DNA of 64,000 nt from NCBI GenBank assembly GCA_951406725.2, contig OX597814.1:34658001-34722000 (forward strand), written 5' to 3'. The first letter of the stretch is position 1. Every line of letters begins with the position of its first letter. Below are positions 13,818 through 25,649 of this stretch, in pieces. The notes below the pieces were generated by a model. The model did no database searches and was not told the origin of the DNA. It saw only the letters and a program-made list of their open reading frames with translations. This DNA is from Octopus vulgaris. Taxonomy: Eukaryota. A program made the position numbers and the translations under genes.

Positions 13818-13962
13818 CATTTTTTCCCTTTTACGATCCCTTTTGATCGAAAACCTACGCCACTTTTTTCTTTTTTTCTTTTTTTCATCCCCCAAAAGAA
13901 AAGCTCTACCTTGTAATTTGTCCCATCTGTGTGCAGCCCTGTGTGGCCAATAAAGAAACTTA
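13818..13962 (+). mobile_element. Retroposon 3' end; second copy at 59922-60075 on the minus strand
   Basis: Near-identical TTTTACGATCCCTTTTGATCGAAAACCTACGCCAC...GCTCTACCTTGTAA..GCAGCCCTGTGTGGC.AATAAAGAAAC. Confidence 0.75.
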
Positions 13963-15146
13963 TTTATTTCAAGCTCCCTTCGAGGTGGGATTTGATTTCT
14001 GGGTAAACGACTAGAATTTACATGACATAAATGACATAAACCGAAACATGCGTGTTACTTTCACCAATTTAAAATTGTTTTGTCATAGCGAATTTTTATT
14101 GTCTGTAAACGCTGTATAATATAGACAATTATTGTTGTCTAAATAATTACCCCCAAATTTCGAAAAATTTGTTTGGAGTCATCTGTTTAATTTATTAAAT
14201 TTTTAACATCCAAAGGAAACATTTGTATTTGAATTGGTTGGATAATTCCAGATGATCGAAGATTTTCAAATCTCAGTATATTTCATGCATATTACCTGAA
14301 GGTTTTTTAATTCAGCTTTTCAGGTCTATGATAACCCCGAAGAAAGGAAATAAAACTATGCGTAAGCACACTTCTATGAGACTTTGTTTGATAAACAAAT
14401 AAAGTCAAGAACAATAGTGTACAAAGAACGCCTAAGATTCAGATTGTTTATGCTATCATTGCATCAGACATCCACTTAATCCACTACAGACTCCTACAAT
14501 ATACAGATGTAAAAGAGCATACTCCACATCATCACAGATTGTAGGGACAGAAAATACTAGTCCTCACAGTCCCTACATGAAAAATCACCTCCAAATACCT
14601 AGGCGCATATGCAACACTCCAAAACACAAATGCATTCTAAAAGTAGGTTCTGAAATAACTGCGACGTCAATAGCCTCATTAGCCCCCAAAGCACTACACT
14701 GCAATGCACAAAACCAATGGTAAATTCACACTGTGAACGAGCACGGATGGTTTGCTGCTGCCATAGCCAGTATCAATATTGATGTACAAGAATAGATTAG
14801 ACTGTAGAGCTAATATAATATGTATTCAACTAACCCTATGGGTTCATCGTCGCACATCGAAGTGTGCGGTATGTCTCTCAGTTATGGAACAATATGTGGC
14901 TTATGTGTTGAGTTTTTGCATATTATAGGTTTGGTCAATTAGAATTAATGTGGGTTATATGAAAGGGATTGGATAGATGTATTGAGTAATTTAGTGGTGG
15001 ATACACTAATTAGAAAGAAAGAAAGAGAGAGAGAGAGAGGGGGAGAAGGGAGAGAGAAAAAGAAAAGAACAGAGTGAGACAGGGAGAGAGAGAAACTGAG
15101 AGAGAGAGAGAGTAAGAGAAACAGATATATATATATATATATATAT

Positions 15147-15277
15147 ATTTATTATATAGAAGGAGCTTCTACAGGACTAGTACTGTTTCATTCAAGAGAA
15201 ATCTTCAGGAGCTTCCTGAAGATTTCTCTTGAATGAAACAGTACTAGTCCTGTAGAAGCTCCTTCTATATAATAAAT
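15147..15277. repeat. Palindrome with perfect 64-bp arms and a 3-nt centre (GCT)
   Basis: 15147-15210 is the reverse complement of 15214-15277. Confidence 0.95.
15207..15263 (+). ncRNA. Type I hammerhead ribozyme motif (C3-G8 core)
   Basis: AGGAGCTTC-CTGAAGA-tTTCtcttGAAt-GAAA-CAG-tactagtc-CTG-TA-GAAGCTCCT. Perfect 9-bp stem I, 4-bp stem III, GUA triplet with cut after 15254. Stem II is weak (U-U at 10.1/11.1). Confidence 0.7.
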
Positions 15278-15343
15278 TAATTTTACTCTGCTATGTATTG
15301 AGTACCTTACTTACTGTGGTTAACCCCGAATCAACCCGGGACC

Positions 15344-15396
<53 letters not shown>

Positions 15397-15398
<2 letters not shown>

Positions 15399-15595
15399 CC
15401 TCGTGTGTACCGTTGGGGATTTTTTTCCCTCTGCCTTCCCTTCTCTGGATCTTTCCTTCTCCTATGTTTCCGACGAAGAGCTCCGCTCGAAACGTTAAAC
15501 CCTCCCTCTTTCCTTCTTTCCTGAGCGTCCAATAATACTATATTTGTTCCACGTCCTCGCGTTGTGTTTTTTTTTGTGCTTTCTTGTTTGGATTA

Positions 15596-15600
<5 letters not shown>
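15397..15600 (+). mobile_element. Short (TA)n-embedded PLE-type repeat with minimal hammerhead motif at 15466-15500
   Basis: GTTT-CCGACGA-a-GAGCtccGCTC-GAAA-cg-TT-AAAC, with U4C in the core and palindromic ACGT stem III. Related sequence at 40937-41025 (minus) and, more weakly, 22340-22540. Confidence 0.6.
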
Positions 15601-15675
<75 letters not shown>

Positions 15676-17499
15676 CAAGGAAAGAGAGAGCGGCAGTGGG
15701 AGAAATTATTTCGCAAATTCTCATCATAGGGCTCATAATATACAACAATCAAAGATAAATATTATATAAAATATTTTCATATAAATGAGTTTTATACACA
15801 AATATTAATATTCAAATATTTACCGTATCCCTTTTAACGTAATCACCTGCATTTTAACGATAATTAATTCTCAATACACATTTATATATTCAGATATATT
15901 CACCTATATACAGAACATATGCATAACCGCAGGTTACTTGATATTTGAGATGTAATTCAACATTTTTACTAATGCTTTCTCAGTCCAATGAAGACATTTA
16001 ATGTCCATTATATATTTCGCTCATTTTATATTGATATTTTGAATTATTATATTACGAATATTTACACCAGTAAACTATGAAAATCTTATGCACCGGAAGT
16101 TTTCCTCATAATTTACAGAGAATGATCATATAAGTAACTATTTATATTTCATTTTGATGCGAATAGTGGAATCACTAAATGGTTTCCATGGGCTGGTTAT
16201 ATTTCATATATAATTCAGGAACGGGTGTAAAGTACGACACATTTGACAAAATTATGTTTCAAGAGAAATTGTGAATGCATATAAGAATACATTTATCAAT
16301 ACATATAAAGAGGAAGCGTCACGTATATAAATATATATTTACTAGATTTTATACATATTTAATTTCTATTAAATCACCTTCTTTGATCATAATGTAATTT
16401 ACTGTCTGAAGTTTGTTAAAAGTATTCAGTTAAAATTACACGAAGTTAAATATCAGTTAAATAGGCTCATACACATGTTATACATACATAAACTCTAAGA
16501 AAGCTATAAGATGATGCACATGCACCCAGCTCTGACTGCAACACAGAGTACGAACGACAGAGAAAATTAAGAGGTGAAAGAAATGTGTTTCCAACAGCTG
16601 TTTCTGGGATCTCGGAGATTTATCATAAAGTTGTGGTAGATGTAGTTTGTCCCAATATGCGGTCATAATGGAAACAATCAACATTGGATAAGACGAGCCT
16701 CCGACATCAGGATAGTAAATGTTCATAAATTTTAAATCTTAATGCAGAGAGGTTAAGTAAGTAAGTAAGTAAGTTAGTGAGTGAGTGAGTGAGTGAGTGA
16801 GTGAGTGAGTGAGTGAGTGAGTATGTATGTATGTATGTATGTATGTATGTATGTATGTATGTATGTATGTATGTATGTATGTATGTATGTATGTATGTAT
16901 GAATGTATGTATGTATGTATGTATGTATGTATGTATGTATGTATGTATGTATGTATGTATGTATGTATGATGCACAACACACTATTCAGTCAGGAAGACT
17001 AAACTAAATTTAAATAAAAGTCTGGCTGCGTGAGACATAAGAATGAAGCCACATTTCTTGTACGATTTTGCTGCATAGGGACGATTTTATTGAACGGTTT
17101 TTTGTTGGTCAGTCTTCTGAGAGGACGCATACACATACACAGATATACACACAGAAACACACACACAGAGACACACACACGGGAACCGAGAGACACACAC
17201 ACACACACTTGCACATACATACACACATACACATATATACACACGTACACATATGTACGCTCGCATTCACACCAGACACACATATGCGGGAACTAGTAAT
17301 CTAAATAAAATACTTTTAGACTTATCTACGTTTTACATATTTCACGTATTGTGGATTACATTGAGTTGTGTATATATACTATATAATTAACTACCGTGAT
17401 TGACTAATATATTATATGCACGCCAGAGACTTGTATATAATGGAACCAATTTCTGTCTGCAATTCTCTATTCAAACGTAAACCATTGTTAAAAAAAAAA

Positions 17500-18108
17500 T
17501 CAAAACTGGGTGGTTTACAAAAATGTGAAGCGAAAAAGAACCTGGAGGAACCGAAATGAGCTACCTTTAACCACTCTAAAACATGTAATTGATGTTAGGT
17601 ATCTGGTGCGATTGAGAGGACATTGTGTACTATGAGATCCTTCGGCAAAAGGAGACATTGAATTCAGGCAATTATTGTTCCCAATGAAAGTGATTAAAGG
17701 AGGTAATCGTTGAAAAACTTCCAAGATTAGCCAATAGAAAGGGTGCTGTCTTATTCCAGGACAACGCTAGGCCGCGTTATTCCTTACAGATGCGACAGAA
17801 ATTGGTTCAGCTTGGCTAGGATGTTCTGCCGTCATAATCACCTAACCTTGCACCTTTGGATTACCATATATTTCTATCTCTACAAAATTCTATTAATGAG
17901 AACTTCAATTGCTTGTAAGACTACAAAAATCTCTGAGAACAGGTAATGATCTAGAAAGATGCCAGGATTTGGGTGGATGGTTTTATGAATCTGCTGCTTC
18001 AAAGACAGCAAAATAGAACAAATGAGGTTGAATAAAAGTATCTGAAAATATATAGATACTATGTTTGAATATTACTTAAAAAAGTGTACTAACTTTGTCC
18101 CAACTATA
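17500..18108 (+). mobile_element. mariner (DD34D) transposase pseudogene, 3' half with right TIR
   Basis: WVVYKNVKRKRTW...LANRKGAVLFQDNARPR...QKLVQLG*DVLP..SPNLAPLDYHIFLSLQNS; ends ACTAACTTTGTCCCAACTATA. Confidence 0.88.
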
Positions 18109-18148
18109 TATGTATATATATATATATGTGTGCGTGTGTGTCTGAGTG

Positions 18149-18189
<41 letters not shown>

Positions 18190-18191
<2 letters not shown>

Positions 18192-18398
18192 CGGAGATGT
18201 ACATGCATAGCAAGTGACCTGATCTGAGATCCTGTGCCGGAACGAAAACAATTACAGCATGGAAGGTGTTTATAAGACATTTAAGAAGCACACAACATTT
18301 AAATTTAATTTGCCAAAATATTTTCGTCGCTTTGAGACCGCGATCTCTTCACTGACAAAATTCCGTGCTGCATCTGAGAAAGTAACAGTTAGTTCATG
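18190..18398 (-). mobile_element. ~210-bp (TA)n/(TATG)n-embedded repeat, copy 1, with diverged hammerhead motif at 18309-18359
   Basis: Homologous to 22781-23010; TTTGTCA-GTGAAGA-g-ATCGC..GCGAC-GAAA-atat-TT-TGGCAAA. Confidence 0.75.
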
Positions 18399-19014
18399 AT
18401 ATATATATATACGTATGTATGTATGTATGTATGTATGTATGTATGTATGTATGTATGTATGTATGTATGTATGTATGTATGTATGTTTGTATGCATGTAT
18501 GTATGTATGCATGTATGTATGTATGTATGTATGTATGTATGTATGTATGTATGTATGTATGTCTGTGTGTTTGTTTATGTATGTGTGTGTACATGTGCGT
18601 TTGCATGTGTGCATGCCTATACACATGTATGTATGTAAGCATGTACGTATGTACTTATGTATGTACGTGAGTATTTATTTGTGTAGACGTGTCTGTGTGT
18701 GGACATGTGTATGTACACGTGAACGTATGTTTATGTACTGGTATGTGTCTGTTCAAGTTGTTACTTTGCTGAAGGTAGTATACACATACATATACATGCA
18801 TATACATACATATGCATATACATATATATAGACACACATATATATGTGTGTGTGTGTGTGCGTTTGTGCCTCTCACCAACATCTAACGGTGAATGGATAC
18901 AACGTCTTAGATACATATATGCACATATAACGTTATTTATACATATATACAAGTACACACAATCATAAGGATACTTACACACACTCGCAGATATGCGTAT
19001 AATCTTAAAGAATA

Positions 19015-19190
19015 TAATCTTGACGCCACACCTAAGAACGAATTCAGTAAGGCATTCAAGAAAAGCCTGCACACAACTGGCCTTAAGATCAAAGTTGTAG
19101 AAAAGACAGGTAGGATTATCAAATCTGTATTATATAGATCATATCCATTTGATAGAATCACGTGTCAAAGTAACTGTGCAGTATGTTACT
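19015..19190 (+). mobile_element. Penelope-like element fragment, RT thumb/linker to zinc finger
   Basis: LDATPKNEFSKAFKKSLHTTGLKIKVVEKTGRIIKSVLYRSYPFDRITCQSNCAVC resembles the PLE linker (TP..EL...LKIKVVEK.G..LKS.L.RS.PF...C..C.VC). Confidence 0.65.
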
Positions 19191-19588
19191 TTGTTGTGGG
19201 TGGTATGCACATACATATACATACATGAAAGACAATATGAGGCTTTGAAGGCAGTTGCTCCTGCGAACCAAAATAAATTTGGAATTTGCGGAGGGTCAAA
19301 GTTGGTAACAAAAACATGACATACAACAAACAAACCGAAATAAATGCAAACAGGGAGGGCCGTTAGGCCAAGACGAGGTAATGTAGCGAACGCTGGAAGA
19401 TTTTTTTGATAAGAGAAAAGGCAGGAGAGGAGATAGATAAGAATGTGTCTGGACTGCGCGACAGACTGAATGAAATGAAGTATGATCACGTGAGGAATGG
19501 AAAGAAGGACGAAGGTCACGTGCGAGCAACGAGAGCGAGAAAGAATAAAGGAGGAAGAGGGAGAGAGAGGCAGATAGAAAACTATGAA

Positions 19589-19768
19589 GGAGAGAAAGAA
19601 GAATTAGAGAGAAAACGAAAGGGAGAGAGAGAGATAGAGAAACAATAAAGGATAGAGTCGCATCAAATATATTAATATATTTGATGCTTCTCTATCCTTT
19701 ATTGTTTCACACTCCCTTTCTCTCTTTCGTCTTCTCTCTGGTCCCTTCTCTAATTCTTTTTTCTCCTC
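19589..19768. repeat. Inverted repeat; core 70-bp palindrome at 19639-19708
   Basis: GAAACAATAAAGGATAGAGtcGCATCAAATATATT|AATATATTTGATGCttCTCTATCCTTTATTGTTTC. Confidence 0.9.
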
Positions 19769-19984
19769 TTAGAGTCCATAAGTCAGTCGCCATATTTCAT
19801 TGCATAACGGCTAGGTCTGAAGAGTGCAGGGTTACTCCGTTGAACCACTAGTGCGAAACCGATGGCAAAAATCGGCCGTAATGGATATATAGCACTCTAC
19901 ACTTCGATTAATATACATATACATACATACATACATACACATACATACATACATACATACATACATACATACATACATAGATAC

Positions 19985-20043
<59 letters not shown>

Positions 20044-20197
20044 TATATTATATTCATGTGCGGGTGTGTATGTGTTATTGATGCACTAAACATCATGTTT
20101 TGGTAACTGGGATTGTACTAATAAGTTTAATTCGTCAAATAGTAAAAGCATAAAGCTATCACTGAGATTTGTATTCAAATATATAAGACATAAAATA

Positions 20198-20447
20198 GGC
20201 GGCGAGCTGGCAGAATTAGGCGGCGAGCTGGCAGAAACGTTAGCACGCCGGGCGAAATGCGTAGCTGTATTTCGTCTGTCGTCACGTTCCGAGTTCAAAT
20301 TCCGCCGAGGTCGACTTTGCCTTTCATCCTTTCGGGGTCGATAAATTAAGTACCAGTTACACACTGGGGTCGATATAATCGACTTAATCCGTTTGTCTGT
20401 CCTTGTTTGTCCCGTCTGTGTTTAGCCCCTTGTGGGTAGTAAAGAAA
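20198..20447 (+). mobile_element. Young tRNA-derived SINE with Meta-like central domain, duplicated head and 17-bp TSD
   Basis: GGCGGCGAGCTGGCAGAA occurs twice; B box GAGTTCAAATTCC; CCTTTCATCCTTTCGGGGTCGATAAATTAAGTACCAG. TSD ATATATAAGACATAAAA at 20179-20195 and 20449-20465. Confidence 0.9.
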
Positions 20448-20830
20448 TATATATAAGACATAAAAGCAAATGTAATTTTTAAAAATTTCTTCGTAGAGAG
20501 AAAAAATGGTTCTTTGCTTGTCGACCCTAAACTACCGTATAAGTTCTTTTTGATATGACGCTTTTTCTAGGAATTATTCAGATTCCAGAATTTTTGAAAA
20601 GGAATATGAATTTATTTAGTTCAGAAATCTGAGGAGTGCTTTGATTTCTTTTGTACCAACGCTACCCTTTGCATCTCACCGAAGGCAGTAGTTTGTGTAA
20701 GTCAGCTAGAAAATCGTTGTGATTATAGGTGACTATAAGTGACTACTTTTGATAAAAAGACTCATTCACTGAGAAAGTTTCTGAATAGTTGTAGCATAGC
20801 AATGTAGCTGGCATGAAAATTTGTTTGAGT

Positions 20831-20924
<94 letters not shown>

Positions 20925-20929
20925 GTATG

Positions 20930-20988
<59 letters not shown>

Positions 20989-21116
20989 ACATACATATAC
21001 ATAGATAGATAGATAGATATACACACATATACCTATATATAAAAAAATTATATATTGGTATATGTGTGTATATCTATCTATCTATCTATGTATACACACA
21101 AACACACATACACACA

Positions 21117-21245
<129 letters not shown>

Positions 21246-21713
21246 TCTTCTGAAACAAAAACTACAAAATATATTGCAGAGTAATGTATTGCCATGTAAA
21301 AAAGTTATCAATGTAAAAGAAAATCCTTTATTTCTCTGAGGCGTATCAAAACGAGTAAAAGTAATTTATGGGGCGTAGAAATCCGCAGTCACTCATGTCT
21401 TTTATAATTCAGGAAAATTGTATTTTATGTCATTTTTGCCGTTTTTAGTTCGCACAAAAGTAACAGAAAGTCTAAAGTGCAAGTATTTCACAGACACAGA
21501 ACGGTTCGTGTGTTCTCAAGATTATTATATGTCCGCCTCACAATTTATATTACAAAATCATACCCATTACGATATATAGATGGACACGTCTAGGGAAGCT
21601 TTATTCTTTCTGTCCCTCCTTCTCTCTATGCTTTCTCCCTCCCTCCCTCACCTCTCTCTGTCTCTTTCGTTAACTCTCTCACTCTCTTTTTTTCTGTCAT
21701 ATGCAGATACACA

Positions 21714-22111
21714 TCTTTATATATAAAAGTAAGGTTGTGTGCTGTCTGTCTCCTACGATTTAGATTCCTAACTACTCCCACATTTTGCGGTGCAGTTTAA
21801 CCAAAACCGGGTATCTTATAGTCGTGATTCATATCGAGCCCTTCTGGGTATTAGCGCGCGTCTACGATGAGTCTACGATTTTAAAAATAATTTACCATAA
21901 ATTTTTCCCATTTTTAATGCAATTTTGGCATATATAAGGGAAGTAACTCTCTAAAAATTTATTATTAAATCTCAGAACGTAAAAAGCTACAGTAACACCC
22001 CTCCCCTTTGTGGTTAGCCATATTGAGATGGCTATTATACTTTACATCTCTAAAAATGCTTATATAGTTATTTCCCTTACAAACCCGAGCAACGCCGGGC
22101 GATACTGCTAG
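21714..22111 (+). mobile_element. Non-autonomous Helitron, ~400 bp
   Basis: Inserted between A and T; starts TC (TCTTTATATATAAAAG); 3' hairpin CCCGAGCAACGCCGGG followed by CTAG (22108-22111). Confidence 0.88.
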
Positions 22112-22564
22112 TATATAATACAGTTCTTTTTTCACATATACTATCTGTTTATGCTTCTGTGTATGGGTGCGGGATTGCGCATGTGTGTGCGTCGATGCAC
22201 GTATCTGTGAGTTTGTGTGTGCATATATACTTATATCTCCACATGCGTACATATTTATATGCTACTATATATATATACTTATATGCTAGTATATTACTAT
22301 ATTTGTAGGTATATGATAACATACATACAAGCATATGCATGAGACCGCTAATTCCGACACATTTGTTTCCTCTCTACGTTTCTTTTCACTCTCTTACCAG
22401 TTTACCCTCTAATCCATTTATGTTGCAGAACGTAGAGTCGAAACGTTAAAGGCTTTCCCATTCTTTCTGGGAGTCAAAATAATACACCTGTTTGTTGTTG
22501 CCCCGCTTGTCTTTGTCGTTTGCTTTCTGCACATTTGAACAATATGTGTGCTTATATATGTATG

Positions 22565-22700
<136 letters not shown>

Positions 22701-22780
22701 CAGGCGTATGTGCGTACATGCATACGTACATACATACACACATGTATGCATACATACACACATACATACGTACATATATA

Positions 22781-23010
22781 TGACGAACTAACTGTTACTT
22801 TCTTAGATGCAGCACGGACTTTGTCAGTGAACAGGTCGCGGATTTTAGCGACGAAAATATTTTGACAAATTAAACTTAAATGTTGAAGTGAATCGAACGG
22901 CTTTTGTGTGTTTCTTAAATGGCTTAGAAACACCTTCCACGCTGCAATTGTTTTCGTTTCAGCACACGATCTCAGATCAAATTACTTGCTATGCGAGTAC
23001 ATCTCCGTAA
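22781..23010 (+). mobile_element. ~210-230-bp repeat, copy 2, carrying a hammerhead motif
   Basis: Homologous to 18190-18398 on the minus strand. Confidence 0.75.
22820..22869 (+). ncRNA. Type I minimal hammerhead motif with G3-C8 core variant
   Basis: TTTGTCA-GTGAACA-g-GTCGC-ggatttta-GCGAC-GAAA-atat-TT-TGACAAA. Perfect 7-bp stem I, 5-bp stem II, palindromic AATATT stem III. Confidence 0.65.
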
Positions 23011-23077
23011 CATATATATATACATATACATATATATATATATGTGTATGTATATATATATATGTGTGTATATATAT

Positions 23078-23402
23078 AAAATTAGAAAAAAAAACACCTT
23101 TTATCAATTCAAAATTAACAATTAAATTACACCATCTAGAAAATTACGTATAATAGAAATGTTAAAATTAAAATACCAATAAAATGTCAATGATTAAGTA
23201 AATTGCAAAAAATAATAATAATAAATTCTACCTATTATATACGTTTTTTCAATATTATTGTGTTTTGAAATTTACTTAATCATTGACATTTTATTGGTAA
23301 ATTAAATTTAATATTTCTATTATACGTAATTTTCTAAATGGTGTAATTTAATGTTATTTAATTGTTCATTTTAAATTAATAAAAGGTGTTTTGTTCTAAT
23401 TT
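23078..23402. repeat. AT-rich foldback inverted repeat, ~135-bp imperfect arms
   Basis: Examples: AGAAAATTACGTATAATAGAAAT / ATTTCTATTATACGTAATTTTCT, and TACCAATAAAATGTCAATGATTAAGTAAATT with its reverse complement. Confidence 0.9.
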
Positions 23403-23496
23403 TTTAATATATATATTATATTTTGTGAAATTTGATATAGTATTTCTAAATTGAATTGTTTTCCTTGTAAGTTTGGATTTTTTATTCCCTCAAATA

Positions 23497-23570
<74 letters not shown>

Positions 23571-23596
23571 GGAGTTAAACGCAGATGTTATTCAAA

Positions 23597-23706
23597 TTCT
23601 TTTACTTCTGACACATGTTTCGTAGATATAACTGGTATTATTCCAAAGGAATAAAATGGTGTAAAACAATGAAACGATGTAATCTTCTCTTCAGGGAAGT
23701 GAAGAA
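23597..23706 (-). ncRNA. Type I hammerhead motif with long stem II insertion
   Basis: Minus strand: ACTTCc-CTGAAGA-GaAGAT..~55 nt..ATCTaC-GAAA-catgtg-TC-aGAAGT. Intact core and GUC triplet; one mismatch each in stems I and II. Confidence 0.55.
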
Positions 23707-25054
23707 ATGAAATATATATATATGTACATACATGTGCGTGTGTGTGTGTATGTGTGCGTGCACATTTGACTTCACAAATAAATGAAGAAATGTGACGAAT
23801 ACAGAAGTAGGTTGAAAATATTAATTTTAGTGCATAGATTATTAAAAATATCATGCGGGCTACTAGGTGTTTCATGTGTTAATTTCTCATTCGCATATTG
23901 TAACGTTGGAAGTGTTAGAAAAATTCCTAGTCGGCGAAATTATATAAACACTTCTGACTCCGTTAAATACTCGATAGTATTTATAGGCTATCCTCCTTCT
24001 ATTGGCCGAATTGTTTAAAGTTCCAGGTAAATTGAACAGAGTGGTACCGTTCCTTCTGCTTATAATTCATAACATATACATGTGATGTATGTATCTGTCT
24101 TTGGACATTCCGTGGAGACTCTTCATTCTGTCTTTCTCGTAAGAGTGAAGTTCAGAAGAATGTTAAATTCAATAGTTTAAAATCTTCAAGTGAAGGAGAT
24201 AGACAAGGAACATGTTGCATTTCCTTCAACTTTTAGGCTACTTTTAGGCAAAATAATACTAATGTGTCCATCTGTTTTAATTTAGTTAAATTCTATGTCT
24301 TTGTGCAGCTGAGGATTGCTCTGCATTTAATTAGATGTAATGGTTGCATTGTTCAATGAAATGGAGTTGCGTGAAACGATTGTCCTGCATTATCTCTGGA
24401 TATCCTTGTTGCTTATATATATTTATATTACATGCACTCAACATATATACGCACATATACACATACACACATATATAGATAGATATCGAGAGATAGACAG
24501 ATAGATATATATATTTGCATGGGGAATTATGCATAACACTAGAAATTCTGTTTTGCTTAAATTGCAACGATAATCTCCCATGTGCTATCAGTAGTCTTGC
24601 TATAATCGTATTTATTAGTTCAAATCTAGCGAAGACATTCCCTGTCTTTAAAACCGCTGCCTGCAGAATGGCAGTAGTTTATATAAGAAGCAATGTAATT
24701 AGATATCAAGTTTCTTGCAATTTCGTAATGGAAGAATTTCATTTGGAAATTATGTATAAAAACAAATGTTTTTTCTTATTTTATTATATGCAGCTTCTTA
24801 TGTCTTTGTGTTAACTCAATTCATTAACTGTACAGAGCAGAGAATGACATAATCTGTTGAACACCGGACAAAATACGTTATTGTGTTTACTTATGGCTTT
24901 TTCTCGTTCTAAGTGGAAATCCTATCAAAGTCGATTGTACATTTCATCCCCTTGGGTTCAATAAAATAAGTGGCAGTCAAGCTCCCGGTTCCATTTAATC
25001 ATTTGTACCTTTACGCACAAAATTTCTGCTACTGTGCTCATGTTAGAAATGTCG

Positions 25055-25371
25055 CCTTCTTCTTCTTCTTCTTCTTCTTCTTCTTCTTCTTCTTCTTCTT
25101 CTTCTTCTTCTTCTTCTTCTTCTTCTTCTCCTCCTTCTTCTTCCTCCCCTTCTTCTTCTTCTTCTTCTTCTTCTTCTTCTTCTTCTTCTTCTTCTTCTTC
25201 TTCTTCTTCTTCTTCTTTTTCTTCTTCTTTTTCTTCTTCCTCCCCTTCTTCTTCCTCCTTCTTCTTCTTCTTCTTCTTCTTCTTTTTCTTCTTCTTCTTC
25301 TTCTTCTTCTTCTTCTTTTTCTTCTTCTTCTTTTTCTTCTTCTTCTTTACTTCTTCTTCTTCATCTTCTTC

Positions 25372-25403
<32 letters not shown>

Positions 25404-25466
25404 CTTCTTCTTCTTCTTCTTCTTCTTCTTCTTCTTCTTCTTTTCCTTCTTCTTCTTCATCTTCTT
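25055..25466. repeat. (TTC)n polypyrimidine microsatellite, ~410 bp
   Basis: Direct reading; source of the poly-E/S/F/K ORFs. Confidence 0.98.
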
Positions 25467-25649
25467 GCCTGTGTAAAATCGTTAGCGCGTCGTACAAAAT
25501 GCTTAGCAGCATTTCTTACCGCCTTAACTTTAGATTTCAAATACGACTGATGTCGACTTTACCTTTCACCCTTTCGAGATCGGTACAGAAAATACCAGTT
25601 CAACATTGATGTACCCGATTATACGCCCTCCTTTCAAATTGCTGGTCTG

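Noticed and set aside
16200-16730. Possible Tc1-like remnant
   Set aside because: No identifiable transposase motif or matching TIR pair.
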